This document shows, piece after piece, positions 13,643 to 28,199 of a stretch of DNA of 64,000 nt. The translations under genes and the position numbers were made by a program. How positions within the stretch are numbered: position 1 is the stretch's first letter; the number at the start of each line of letters is the position of its first letter. The notes beneath the pieces are model-generated. The model did no database searches. It saw only the letters and a list, made by a program, of their open reading frames with translations, and had not been told where the DNA came from. The DNA comes from Octopus sinensis (Eukaryota). The stretch spans positions 85,002,001 through 85,066,000 of the forward strand of contig NC_042997.1 of the NCBI RefSeq assembly GCF_006345805.1, in the 5' to 3' direction.

Positions 13643-15430
13643 TATTTTGGCTGGAAACAATCATCTTATCACTAAATAAAGCATAAAATGACTATATTTT
13701 CCGTTGATACGAAAAAATAACATCCTAAAACAAGCATTATAATAATTATACTGAGCATTATATTTTATGGCTTCGTGACAAAGTGACAGAGAGGATGCAG
13801 TCCAACATTGCATCTTACACAATAAAATGCAGCTTTTCCAGGACAATGTGCGCATCTTATTGTGTTGCCCTGTCTCAGCCAGTGGTTCATTCCATCATAT
13901 TGTACACAGTTGATGAGAAAAGATGCTTGCCTGCCTTGTTTAGACGGGGTCCCATATTGTTTCAATATCGAAATAGCCAATTTGCGTCAAAACTGTGGAA
14001 GAGACTCCTTGTTATTTCTTCTTCTTTTCGATAAAATCCTGGAATTCACAACAACAACATCAATGAAATAAATGAAAATTGGCCACCACCACTTCTGCCT
14101 CATTCATGTACGGTAGGATGCGACCAATTGATCCATCAGATCAACAACCCTCATATACAAATTATAATTCTGCACAACAATAGGTTGAGGTATGGCGATA
14201 TATGACTTTATCTCTGCTGAATATCTCTGTGATGTACTGATATTTTATTTCATAACACAGACTGTAGATGTCGATGTAAAATCAGATGACCACTTGAGTA
14301 GTTTTTTGAAAGTTTTTCCTTTTCCTATAAGATAATTTAGCAATATGTTTTCTCTAACAACGCCTGTTTCACAAATTCCTCCTGATGATAGGTGATCTAA
14401 CAACTTAAAGGAAGTAAAATAGTTATCGAAATGAAATTTGTAGCCTGCATTAGCTGTCACATCAGTTTTTTGTATCAGCTTCATTACTACATCACCTCCC
14501 ATTTGTGCGGGTGTCGTGATTACATTTTCCAACATAGACATCGAACGCATACATGTAATCACATGATGAACAAAGAGCCCAATTTTTATATCCGAATTGT
14601 ATTGCTTTCCCTTTTATATATTGCTACGGTGTCTTCCGTAGTATGGGATAATCAATTCGTCAATAGATAAATTTTCATCAAGCGGTTTGAGCTGAACAAA
14701 TTTTGTTGGCAAATGTTGAAGAAGCGGCTGTAATTTGTAAAGGCGATCTGACCCGTCATTGCGTGTATAGTTATTGAAGTGCAAATGGTGAAGTAATTAC
14801 TCAAATCTATTGCATCTGATATCGTCACAAAGAAGTTTTGGGCCATCTTTCTCACGTGACCAATAAAGCTTCTTACTGGGGTATTTAGCGTACCCGGACA
14901 ATAAAAAACTCCAAATGTAATATGAAGTTCATCACTTGTAATATTCAAAGTCTTGCTTTGCTGTAATGCGTATATGTTAGTTTGTTCCACTAAATTATCT
15001 GTGAAGGCATTATCAATAAAAAGTTTGAATATATCTAATTCGCTGCTAGCTGACAATACTCCTGCAGGAATTACGCTGTCTCCAGTTCGTTCGCAATTGA
15101 TAACGAATGTAGGAACTGTACGTGACCATTCAATTGGGTTTGGTCTACTTTTATTGGCCTTCTTTGATAGTGGAGTAGCTTGTGCTTCGTTAACATCAAC
15201 AGCTGCAACATTTGAAGGCATGTGAGGGATAAAATCACACGTGATTGATTAGGACAGGACCGAGCTTATTGAAATCTCCAGCTGATTCTTTATCTGAAGC
15301 ATCAGAATCTGCGTCAGTTGCAGCTATATCGTGTTCATCAGGTATATGAAGAACTATATCACCAGCTTCAATTTCATCATCATCAATATCATCCAATATT
15401 TTCAATATTTCTGAGGTTTTCAACCTGAAA
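13337..15430 (-). mobile_element. piggyBac (PGBD-like) transposase pseudogene with one terminus
   Basis: Motifs LSIDELIIPYYGRH, FHFDNYFTSFKLLDHL and VDLMDQ (DDD triad) plus C-terminal RCAHC...CVRCNVGLHPLC; TTAA-CCC end at 13333-13339; frameshifts and stops. Confidence 0.9.
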
Positions 15431-15469
15431 ACGAGAAAAACGTTCATATGGGCGGTTGAGTGCATAGCG

Positions 15470-16170
<701 letters not shown>

Positions 16171-16591
16171 TATATACATATATATAAACACAGATACGTA
16201 TATATGTACATATGTGTGTGTGTGTGTGTGTCTATGTTATAAAATTGAAAACTCACCAGGAATCTATCTCCTCGAAACGAAATCATAAAATATTTGTGCC
16301 GATTACTAATGTTATCCAAACAATATTTTCTCTCAAATTTTTAATGGTCTATGAACTCTAAAAATATGATGTACAAATTAGTATTGAGTTACATAAAAAG
16401 TTTGACTGTATGTAAACCTGAGAATATTAAGTTATATTTAATGTATTTAATAGACTAAACGAAGGATCATGTTTTCTATTGCTTTTGGTAGGGTTTGTTG
16501 TTTTTATTTAGTAGTCTGTTTCGGTGAATTTTATTTTATTTATTTATTTATTTATTTATTTGTTGTCTGAGCGTCCGATGCAATATCTTAC

Positions 16592-16786
16592 AGTATTTGT
16601 TTTCGAATCCCGACTAGGGCAATTTTGGCTTCTGTACATTGCGGTGAATAATTTATTTGTCAAAAGTAGTGGACTTGCCGGATTATCAAAGATCCTCCTC
16701 GCCATCCTCCGGAACAACGCCTTTTCCATTATGTCTGCTGGGGCCATGAATAATGTTTCTCAATTTTACGACAGATAAGAATAAAT
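16592..16786 (-). other. Candidate exon; ATG frame MAPADIMEKALFRRMARRIFDNPASPLL... is open to the donor
   Basis: Acceptor gtatttttag|, donor ACT|gtaaga, unique sequence; protein not recognised. Confidence 0.25.
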
Positions 16787-17302
16787 CTAAAAATACTCTT
16801 CTATTAACTACGGTACGAGATTCCTTGCTGTACGTGTTCTGACATTCTGAGTTTGTCTGCGACCACTTTAGCTAGAGCCTGTCAACATCTTTCCCGGCTT
16901 TTCCTTTAGATAACATTGGTAGACGCGGATGCCAACATGTGTGGACTGCGGTCGGTCTGACCAAAAGACAAATTAACCTTGTTCAGGCCTTCGCCGTGAA
17001 GGAGAGCTTTCCACATCCATGGTTTCCGAGCAGCACATGTGGCTTTCTGCTCCAAAATTTTGTTCTCCAAATATCTCATTGAGGATGTTAGTTATCATTA
17101 TAGTTTCTTGCACAACCGTTTTTTTTTTTCGATCGGTAACGTTTGCTATCATCTTCAGGTGATATTGTTGTACCATGCTAGGAATTGAACGTGTGACTAT
17201 AAATATTTCCCGCTCGAGAGTCTTCAGATCTCGTTATTGACCAATTGCCTGCGATGTCAATAGTGTTCTTATTTAAAACCGATAGAGCTGGTTGCATTTA
17301 AG

Positions 17303-17355
<53 letters not shown>

Positions 17356-18624
17356 CACACACACACACACACTCACACACACATGTATATATGTATCGTA
17401 TAGCGAAAAAGACATAATAGGAATTGAGATTCATTAGAAGTCCAACATCGACTGCTGCAACAAATATCGATGATTATAAGGACTGTCTTTGATTATTGGC
17501 TTTCCCTAAGTGTACACGGCTGATGGAACTCGAAGTGATGACACTCGATCAGTAGGCCAGAACTTTAGAAGACTAGACCCAGCTGTAGCTCACAAATGTA
17601 TTCGTTAATGACAATATATAAATACAGTGTGAGCGAAATCATTACCTAAACGAGCAACAAAATAATGGACTAAAATTTTCGTATATTAATAAATAAACGT
17701 GACATCATTAAAAAAAATCCCTCGTAAAAGCAACATAGACAAAATTTTATGGTTTTAAATAATTATGCACAAATATCCAATTACCATATTCATGGTCTAG
17801 TTGAATATAGATATTCTTTTTTGTTGTTGGTGGTGGTGTTTCTTTTTTTTATATTTCGATATATTTTTGCTGTTGTTATTGTTGTATTTGTTCTTGCTAT
17901 ATCTCGGGAGGTGGGTAATTTAGTAAGTTTATGGACGAAGCAATAAAAATATTGGTTACATATATTCATTGCTTATGATTTCAATGGCTGAATGCCAGAC
18001 ATTTTGTTTTTTAACTTTTTGATTTTTTTTTAAGGGTAGGTTCAGAGTTAATACATAATAAACATCGCTATATCTGTTTAAAGGCAGTGAAGTAGCAGAA
18101 TAGATAGTACGCGATAGCTATAAAATAAAAAAAGTGTCATGAGGTATTTAGTCACACCCATTTGAGTTCAAATCCCACAGAGGTCATCAACTTTACTTTT
18201 CCTTTTCTGTAGCCAATAAAATGAGTATCATGCAACTACTGAAGTTCATATATAGGTAGCGAGCACCCATACGATTTCACATATATACACACTGCATTAT
18301 AAAAATATATGTGTGTGTGTGTTTATGTGTTGTGAGAGAGAGTTTCAACCGATTTTGGCAAAAAATTTCTAACCACTTGGTATTAATGAATGCTAAATTA
18401 AATCGACAGGGAATGGTTAGTTTATATAAAAGGAGAATTTAAAAAGATTAATAAACTCACGAACTATATTGTAATTGATTAAATAAAAAGTTTCTGTTTT
18501 TTTATTACCGATTGTTCTAATAGGCATTTTATAGAGATAATAACTGAATTAATTAATTGCCATTTGCTTTAGCATTTAATAACTATTTTTTACCCAAAAC
18601 TTTCTGAACGCCTCTTATATATAC

Positions 18625-18805
18625 ATATGTATGTATATATGTACAAATGTATGTACGTATGTATGTATGTATGTATGTATGTGTGTATGTATGTATGTAT
18701 GTATGTATGTATGTATGTATGTATGTATGTATGTGTGTGTGTATGTATGTATGTATGTATGTATGTGTGTATGTATGTATGTATGTATGTATGTATGTAT
18801 GTATG

Positions 18806-18835
<30 letters not shown>
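18625..18835. repeat. (TATG)n microsatellite
   Basis: Directly visible. Confidence 0.95.
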
Positions 18836-18837
<2 letters not shown>

Positions 18838-19978
18838 AACTCAAGTATAAACCAGAAAGAAAAAGAAGTGCGCTTAATGCTGAAAATAGAGTTAAGATCA
18901 TATCTATTAATAGCAGGAACTTTACAGCTAGTTTCTTAAGCTTCTTGGTTCCGATACTGCCACGATTAGGAAAACTGGAGCATAGAAAGATCTTAAAAAG
19001 ACTTACAATTGTGTATAAGACTAGTTAGGTAAGTTTTTGATTAGATAAAAGTGAAGCGCTTTTCATCTTTAACTGAAAGCTAAAAGCATTATGAGAGCTT
19101 AATCTGTGTGATAGATTCTTGTCTTCACTGCATTCAAATGTGTCCACGATATAGATTCTTTAACAATGGCCACCAGGTGGAGTTGTGGTGAGATCTTTAT
19201 AGGATACTCAAAGTAGGCGCGATAAACAGCCTACCAAAGTAGCTTTCGTGTGAGTAATACACTCAGACAGAACGAGTACGTGAAGTACGAGTTTGCCTTC
19301 ATAGATTTTACAGAAGATTAGAAACTATCCTTTTATAGAAGAGCAGACTCTATATTTCTACGAAATTAATGACATTGCGCAACTGGTTCATGATAGTAAC
19401 TGTCTGGTAGTATTCCAGATATCAGGTACCCGAAAACGTAGTCCACGCTTGATACCATAATGGCAGCTTCATCAAAGAGACGGATTCTAGGAGAACGTGT
19501 CTCTCAAATATTGACCACACTTGTTCACCATCTAAGGGATATCTACAGTTACTTCAGGCTCAACACTTGCCTATGCATCATCAGCCACAGCAACGTTGGT
19601 GCTGAATGCTAAGAGTGTTGGAAGTAGATGGATGTTATGACCACGAAAACCTGACCATTCCGTAAGAAGTGAAACAGGAGACAGTCCAGTATGATACAAG
19701 TGTCTGTCGAAGATAAAATATGGAGGCGATACAAACAATTTGTCCAAGATTTCAGGTTTAGCTTTAGCTCAGTCTATTTCTCGTAAGATTGGACACACTA
19801 CTAACCTCATAGCATTTTTCTTTCTATCCTGAAATCTTGAAATCTTGAAATCTTGGAATAAACAAATACCCAAGTATCTTAACCGGGTATCTTAATCCAT
19901 GGACAAGCAACACCATTTCCGCTAGCTGTTATAGACATGCATCTTCAAACTAACTTGTTTAAAACGTGCGTTTCTTAC

Positions 19979-20127
19979 CTTTTTGTATTGCTTCATTATG
20001 GCGCCGGTTGCCTAAATTTCTTTGGTGTCTGCCATCGTGCCGCTGAGGACTTCTGCGGATGCCGGCATAATCTTTCTGTCACTTGTAAGAATTCCAGCTA
20101 TCAAAACAACGACTCAAGAACCAAAAT
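19979..20127 (-). other. Candidate non-coding or 5'UTR exon
   Basis: Acceptor attgtttttatag|, donor AAG|gtaaga, richer in GC than its flanks; stops in all frames. Confidence 0.25.
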
Positions 20128-20184
20128 CTATAAAAACAATGCACAATTACATACACGCTTTCGTGTTGGTTGTTTCATCATATA

Positions 20185-20605
20185 GGCGTAGGAGTGCCCG
20201 TGTGGTAAGTAGCTTGCTTACGAACTACATGGTTCCGGGTTCAGTCCCACTGCGTAGCACCTTGGGCAAGTGTCTTCTACTATAGTCTCGGGTCGACCAA
20301 AGCCTTGTGAGTGGATTTGGTAGACGGAAACTGAAAGAAGCCCATCGTATATATGTATGTATATATATATATATGTACGTGTGTGTGTATATGTTTGTGT
20401 GTCTGTGTTTGTCCCCACAACATTGCTTGACAAACGATGCTGGTGTGTTTACGTCCCCGTAGCTTAGCGGTTCGGCGAAAGAGACTGATAGAATAAGTAC
20501 TAGGCTTACAAAGAATAAGTCCTGGGGTCGATTTGGTCGATCACAGGTGGTGCATCAGCATGGCCACAGTCAAATGACTGAAACAAGTAAAAGAGTAAAG
20601 AGAGT
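20185..20605 (+). mobile_element. Full-length SINE family B (tRNA-type head, internal microsatellite)
   Basis: Head ggcgtaggagtg..gtggtaagtagc..ggttcagtcccactgcg, central TA/TG repeat, tail gactgaaacaagtaaaagagtaaagagag; resembles octopus tRNA-derived SINEs from memory. Confidence 0.9.
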
Positions 20606-22496
20606 CTATAATATTTTAAAGACCCATATTTTACTGGATTACAGCCACATATAGGTCTACAACGCTCTCTAAATATCCATGGTTGAATATCCATCTTTGA
20701 GTGCTACACAAAGTATAAGTAAATATCTGTTGAGTAATCTCTCATGTTTTGTTTCCTACATATTATCTGTATAACTCCCAAATCTGGATTTCATAAGGAA
20801 GTGAAGTATTACGATATGCACATGGAGTCCGAAATACTGGTTATTTGTCATGCCGCTTCAGATTTCAGTTATACCGGAAGAATATAGAAAAACGTTACTT
20901 AAATATTCAGTAACAAGAGCCAAATGTTCAAAAACTACTTCAGCCGTAGATTTTATGTCAGGGAGCCTATTCCAAAGTTTTTCCCTATAAAAGTATACCT
21001 ATCAGTCAACAGGAGATTGATTTTGGGTTTTCCTTCTCCGAGTGGTTTAATGTATACGCAAATATGAACTTAGCTATTTCAATGCTCGCGCATGTGTGTG
21101 TGTGTGTGTATATATAAACCGTTTAATCCACACACTTCTGACCCATTTAAAGCTCCTATAGCTATGTCAAACAAATTCTTTTTTTTTTTATTTTACTATC
21201 CAAGTTGCATTTTCGACAAAGAAAAGTTTCTCGAGTGTAGAATGATCTAATATCTGAATTGACGATGGGTGCCATAGGATAATCGAAATCTAAAGCTTCA
21301 AGTAGGAATAAAGATCCACAATATCATACTGAAAGCATGTATGATTCTTATTCACAATTGTAACATTTAATCCAGTACAACTTGTACTTACGGGCGGGAT
21401 GGCATACATACGTGCATACATACGAGCATAAACACAGATACACGCACGTACGCACACACATGCACATACACACACATACACACACATATATACAATCATA
21501 AATAAGTAGGTCCAAATATATAGATACATGCATAAATATATATAAATATATATAGAGAGAGAGAGGGAGAGAGAGAGAGACGTAGCTAAATTTATATACA
21601 TATTTATATGGGTGCGTTTGCTAGGAGCACGTATGTGTAAATAAATATTTAACTGTAGTCATCTATCTATATTTATGTGTGTGTATGTAGATAGATAGAT
21701 AGATAGAGAGATACATACATACATACATACATACATACATACATACATTCATGTATGTATGTATATGTATATATTATACATACAGGCACATATACATGTA
21801 AACCAAGGTACATATATATTTCGTTAGCAAATGACAAAAATGCTTTCTTATATGTAACATGTATACGTGAGAATATATGTGCACAGCTTGTTCTAACTTA
21901 TATGATATGACAATGAAAAGACTGAAAGTGAGTGTGTGTATGTGTGTGTGTGTGTGTGCGTGTGTGTCTATGTTTAAAAGTTGTATTCGTAAAGTATACC
22001 AGAAGTGTTCATGTAATATCCACAGCACACTGTTTAACGGACACGCCTCTTGAAATCGAGCATGTCATTTTATTCTTTACAGAACGTCGAAAATAGATAT
22101 AAATAATGCATGAGAATATGAACTAATGTAATAATAATAATTAATACGATAATTTATTGAAGCAAGATTATATCTAGTATTATATGGGTAGTACGCTTCT
22201 TTTTTTTTATTATTTTTGTTCTTCATAAACTACCTAGATTCACACCAAACTTTCACTCACTTTACGCAGTTTTCTTGCAATTATTTCTCATGTATTCTAA
22301 TATCTGTCAAAAAAGCATACGGAAGTTTACTCCATACTGATATTCTGTATAGACAGACTTGTCAATACTATTCATAGAGTTTATTATATTCAATCGAAAC
22401 TGATAATTCACTCCGTCGCTATGAACAAGTGCGAATGAATACATGCGTACACACACATATACACATACGCACTCACTTATGTGTGTCTGTGCATTA

Positions 22497-22550
22497 TTAT
22501 TATTATTGTTGCTGTTGTTGTTGTTGCTGCTGCTGCTACTGTTGTTATTT

Positions 22551-22588
<38 letters not shown>

Positions 22589-22616
22589 ATTATTATTATT
22601 ATCATTATTATTGTTA

Positions 22617-22664
<48 letters not shown>

Positions 22665-22692
22665 TATTATTATTATTATTATTATTATTATC
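22497..22692. repeat. Compound (TTG)n/(TTA)n microsatellite
   Basis: Directly visible. Confidence 0.95.
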
Positions 22693-22954
22693 TGTATTAT
22701 ATGGCGTATTATATGCTGTAGAATAACGTACATAAACCTAAACATTTTTGCGAAATATCTAATCACTAAAAGTGCACAGCAACTCAACTTCATTCCATTT
22801 TTTTTTTTTCTTGTCTCCCATTCTTTGTCTGTTTCTTACTTTCCGTCTCTCTGTCATTTTGCCATTTTTTCCATTTAACTACGTCTTAAATATCTACCTC
22901 TATGTGTCTTTATGCCTGTCCGTCTCTGCATATCTGTCTTCCTTTATCTCTCTC

Positions 22955-23002
<48 letters not shown>

Positions 23003-25139
23003 CTTCGTTTCTATTCCCCACCCCTAATGTAAAGCTCTTACTTTTTATTTTCTGAGTAACAACAATTTCTGAGCAACAAGCAATTTCCTTCGTGACTCTG
23101 TATTACACCTTTGTCAATGTTTCAACCATTTAATTTTGTATGAACTGTAAAATATTGCTTCATCGCAAAACCCAAATTCCACAGACCTTTGTACTATTAG
23201 TGTTCAAACATAATCAGCTTGATACTGTGTGACAAGTATATAACATTGAATTGCAGGTACCTTTCCCGCTGATGGCCTTCTGTACAATTTCTGTCGGCCC
23301 TTATTTGGTAGGAAACATTAACCGAAGTTGTCACTCCTTCAGATTAACCCGGGATCTCCTGTTTCAGATGCTACCTACTTATTTCATTTAATGACTATGT
23401 CTGAAATATAATTGACCCTTCGCATGGCCACTCGATTTGCTATACATAATAGCCAAATCCTTATTCCTAAACCTGCTGTCCTAAAACAAGGATAATTCGT
23501 AAATTCTCTCAAAAGAGCTTCAGGAAAGAATGCGACACACATTTTAATCTCTTAAAACTTTATACTTGCCATATTGAAGGAAATTATTGTTGGCAGGCTG
23601 ATTCATAGATATCAATCGCCAACTAACATGCTTCTTTTGCGTTCAAAAGAAGAAAAGATGTTGTTACTTTTCTAAATGTTCGAAGCAGTAAGATTTAAAT
23701 TTGTGAACACAGTAGTTGAAGATAAGTGAATTAATATCCTTCATTGAGCAAGAGGTGATTGACACGTGCAATATATTCCATGATCAGCCACATTTAAGAA
23801 AATGTAAGGTTGATTGATTTATCAGTTATTCCATAGAGGAAAGCTCCGTAAATATCTAGGTTGCAAAACACGATAAATCTTAACTGGAAGAAAAAAAATA
23901 TCGAGAAAAATTGTCGCCTGCTTTGAAGGCCTTCCTGATATGAATGGTCGCACTGTTGAAAGATAATTTATCTGATGATATAATATATCGCTCTAATGTG
24001 AAAAGTCTCACGGCTGCAAGATATAATTTATATAATGATAACATATAGTTCTAATGTGAAATATGGTCTCATGGTTCCATGAGTTCATTTATTTTGGAAT
24101 AAGTAAGACTGAAGGATACACAGGTTGTGAAAGAAAAGAAATCTAGAGCAACGTAGTTTTTGATAAGGATGTATACATTGTTCGTAGTTTGTGCATTCAT
24201 CTTCAAACTGTTTTAATGAAAAGAAATAGAAAGATATGTGTGATGTGTAGGTAAGTTTTGTGTGAAGATATAACTATGACGTAAAAAGGAATCTAAAGGA
24301 ATTCACAATTCAGAAATAACAAAAGATTGAAATATTCACAATGGAATATATTTAACAAATAATACGACTTTCTATTTCATTTTTGTATATAGCCTGATAT
24401 GAAGGTCGTAAAGAAGAGAGTTATTAACCCAAATTTTAGAAAAGTACTTCCTTTTGAGTTAAGTTGGATCTAATTCAGTGAGTAAATTTTATTCGAGAAA
24501 GTTTTCCTGTTTTGCTTATCGATTCAGCTGTATTGATTAAAAGTTGTGAACTAAAAAGCTTTATTGACTGTCACAGAACATCCATGTGAAGTTGGTATTG
24601 TCTTTAGCCCTTAATTAAGCACAGGTCCAGAACACTTATACTCAAAGGCGTTCCTTCAATGACAAAATCTTTCATGTAATGGTTTGTTTAGCCAGTATTT
24701 TCAGAGTTCCAGTTATTTCCATACTGATGTGTAGAGGGTGTCCAACAGGAATGAAAATGAAACTATAAACAAAATTCAAAATTTATACACTTTTAACACA
24801 TATTAAACATGATAAACATAAATAAAAGTGAGTTTTAAAAAAGATGCATTTGATTTCACACAAATAATCATTAATTTTTGTTCGATTAAACGAGGGAGGC
24901 AGCACAGAAATAGGGACTAATTGCAAGTAGCGAGCGTAGCTTCAAGAAGTGGTTACACGGTCAAATTCGAAATTTTAATGCTCTTCTCATTTCCTCTGCC
25001 AAACAGGACAAAAAATATTTCATGAAATATTATACACTACTTATAACGCATAAGTAACGTCAATATTTTATGGTCGGAAAATGGCCTAAAACAAAGATAT
25101 GATCTAGTGCAGTATACTCAAATCTGATTGATCACATAG

Positions 25140-26715
25140 TCTCTGTTCCGTGAGTTGAAACAATCCCTTTTCCTTCCAGTGATCATACATCCGTTGTCGG
25201 TAACCCCTAGTTTGAACTCCATTTTCATCTACTCTTTTTTGCTATTTAATAATACCCACTCCATACCGAAGTGTTGCTATCGCCCACCTATTAACCGCTT
25301 AGATTTTATTTCATCTAGTCAATTTTGACCGCAACACCAACCTCAGTCTTCGGAAATACCTCATCCTAAGTTGCTCTTTCAATTCTTTTTCCATTATCTC
25401 GTTGCACTCTAGTACACCAAGGTATTTGTATCCTACCGCTTCAATTTGCTTAATCAAGTCTCTATTCAGTAATTGTATCCCTGCTAGGGACTGTAACTTG
25501 CCTCTTTTTAGATAGATTACTCCGAAATTCCTGAGTCCAAATTTCATTCTAATATCAGTACTAAAACAGTGGACTGTGTTTATCAAGGAACTCATTTGTG
25601 TCTCATCATTGCCGGACAGTTTCAAATTACCCATGAAGAGGAGGTGGTTAGTTGTTTGGGACCCCAGGTTTATTTTTACTGAGTATCAAGGTCAGGGTAT
25701 CAAGGGAAAAGCAACGGAGATAGGCTGTCACCCTGGAAAATCCCTCTTCTGATATCCAGGATGCCCAAGCTTTTTTTGTAAACTGTCAGTTCAGTTTTCC
25801 ATCACACCATACTTCTCTTCAGGAAACACGTTACATTCCTCACAATTCCAAACAGATCTAAGCACTCGGTGATCCACGAATGTGGAATCATATCATAAGC
25901 TTTGCGATAATCAATCCAGGTCATTCCCAGATTTGTTCTCCTTCGTTTACAACCTTTCGTTACCATTTTGTCTATCAATAGTTGTTTTTTGGTACCTCTG
26001 CATCTCCTTCTACAACCTTTTGTTCCAGTGGTAATATATCGTTCTCATCAAGAAATTTATACAGTTCTTCTGCAATTCCTCCTGAGAATAACTTCCACAT
26101 TAACGGAAGGCAGAAAATTGGTCTGTAATTGTCAGCAGCATTTCCCTCTGATGCGTCCTCCAGGCACAACACCGTTTTTCCTTTTGTCAACCAGCCCGAG
26201 ATTTCATCTTCTCCATTGACCGATGCATTAAATTGTTCTGCGATCAATTTATGGCAACTACTGAACTTTTTATCCAAAATCCCTGTACACCATCAGGCCC
26301 TGCTGCTTTCCATTTGCTTATCTTTTTACTCATATTTCTGATACTGTCTTCTGTGAAGTGGATAACATCCTGCTGGGGATAAGAAGCTGTTTGCTTCAGA
26401 CTGCAGAGCGATACAGCTGTAGTATTATGTTGTTCCTGCTTACTCCATATCATACCCACAAAATGTTGACTTTCATCAGCAACAGGGACTAAATCTTTCA
26501 CATTTTTTTATCGTCATTAATCTCTTGATAAAATATTTTTGGGTCGGTTCTAAACAATTTGTTTTGCTGGCATTGCTTAATCCGTTGTTCTAACCTAGTT
26601 AACTTTTCCTAATTTCCAATCATTCTTAAGTACTCCATTTCAGTTCCTGACAAGTATTGACACTACACTGTTCAAGGGGTTTATATCTTCAGAAATTTTT
26701 CTTTTCCACCTAGGA
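25140..26715 (-). mobile_element. R4/Dong-like non-LTR retrotransposon RT relic
   Basis: [36 protein letters not shown]...YKYLGVLE motifs; disrupted. Confidence 0.85.
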
Positions 26716-26716
26716 A

Positions 26717-26810
<94 letters not shown>

Positions 26811-27262
26811 TTCAGTAGTTTTATTTTTATAGCGTGCTTTCACTTCACTACCGAGCGCAGCTCTGTGTGCCTTGGGTATGTGCTGTGATTTGTTGTGATG
26901 CTCTTATGGTTACTGTATTGAAAGTGTTTTGCGTAGGATGTGTGCAGTGCCAAGTAGTGCAATTTTCTGTATGTTATATATATTTGTAAGTCCTGGTGTT
27001 TTTATTATATATTTGTCTGAATATTTTTTATCATACCTAATGCGCCTACTATGATAGGAATTGTTTCTGTTTTTAGATTCCACATTCGAGTTACCTCTAT
27101 TTCCAGGTCTTTGTATTTTGAAAGTTTCTCCATTTCTTTTAGAGACACGTAGTCATCTACTGGTATTGATACATCAATTAGAAAGCATTTTTTCTTCATG
27201 ATCTCTGACAACTATATCGGGCCTATTGGCCTTAATTTCTCTATCTGTGTGTATTGGCAGTA
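26811..27262 (-). mobile_element. 5'-truncated R4/Dong-like copy (REL endonuclease end)
   Basis: ANRPDIVVRD...FLIDVSIP...KEMEKLSKYKDL...IPIIVGALG (PD..D REL motif); trinucleotide tracts on both sides. Confidence 0.88.
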
Positions 27263-27265
27263 TTA

Positions 27266-27335
<70 letters not shown>

Positions 27336-27964
27336 GCTACTATATAAATAATCAGTGTCTTCAAGTGGTTTATAGGCAGCCAGATGCAATTTATGTCGCA
27401 TTTCTTTAAAAGCTTTTCAAATATTTATACGTGCATAAACTATCGAACATCATTATAAATATCAAAAATATATATAAAATAAAAACGATTTCGTCCCTAT
27501 AGAGTTTGCCAGTCAGTGAAAGTGTGAATAGCTACAAAATGCTCCAGAAATTATCCATTTTGAACCCACTTAGGTATATACACGTTAACACTGTTAGTTG
27601 GTGTTCAAAATGATATGAAAAATCAGTTTACGCTGTTATTTTATAGCAAGAAGGGGGGGAAATGTGAAGAATATATATATGCTAGTATTTATGTGTGCAT
27701 AACTATAAGTATAAATGTATACATACATATCTATACATAAAGACATACATACACACACACATATATACACACATATATATATATATATAATATATATATA
27801 TTATATATATATATATATATTCATAAACAAACCTGTGTGAATGAGCGTTTACAGCGGAACCGGTTGTAGCCTACACGCTCCCCTCATCCTTATGGCTTTT
27901 TAAATACAAATACACAACTCACGTTACTCAGGTCACTCAATATACATGTGAGTGTCTATGTGTG

Positions 27965-28140
27965 TGTATCACACGTGATCAAGTGATCGACCAGACTATC
28001 TGATCTTGCTGTACATTGCTGGTCACAATGAACTTTTGCATCGTTTTACCTTTCGAATGATGCTACCCCGCTGGCCAGGTGAGCAGGGCAACATTCCACC
28101 CTGATCGGAGAGCTAGTCCATCTATAGCTGAATGGACTGG
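27965..28140 (-). mobile_element. SINE family C fragment
   Basis: Reverse complement of the 38822-39046 body (cacgtgatca.gtga.cgaccag.ctatc). Confidence 0.7.
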
Positions 28141-28199
28141 AGCATCTAATCTGCTCAGGCTTAAGGTTTTCCATAGTGTCAACATAACTGCCGTTCTCT

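Noticed and set aside
19380-19800. Possible RTE relic (VDGCY-like string)
   Set aside because: Single short motif after a frameshift; too weak.
23050-23950. Possible Helitron helicase relic (KVCGI, EWPCEGSII)
   Set aside because: Only two weak motif echoes amid many stops; not supportable without a profile search.
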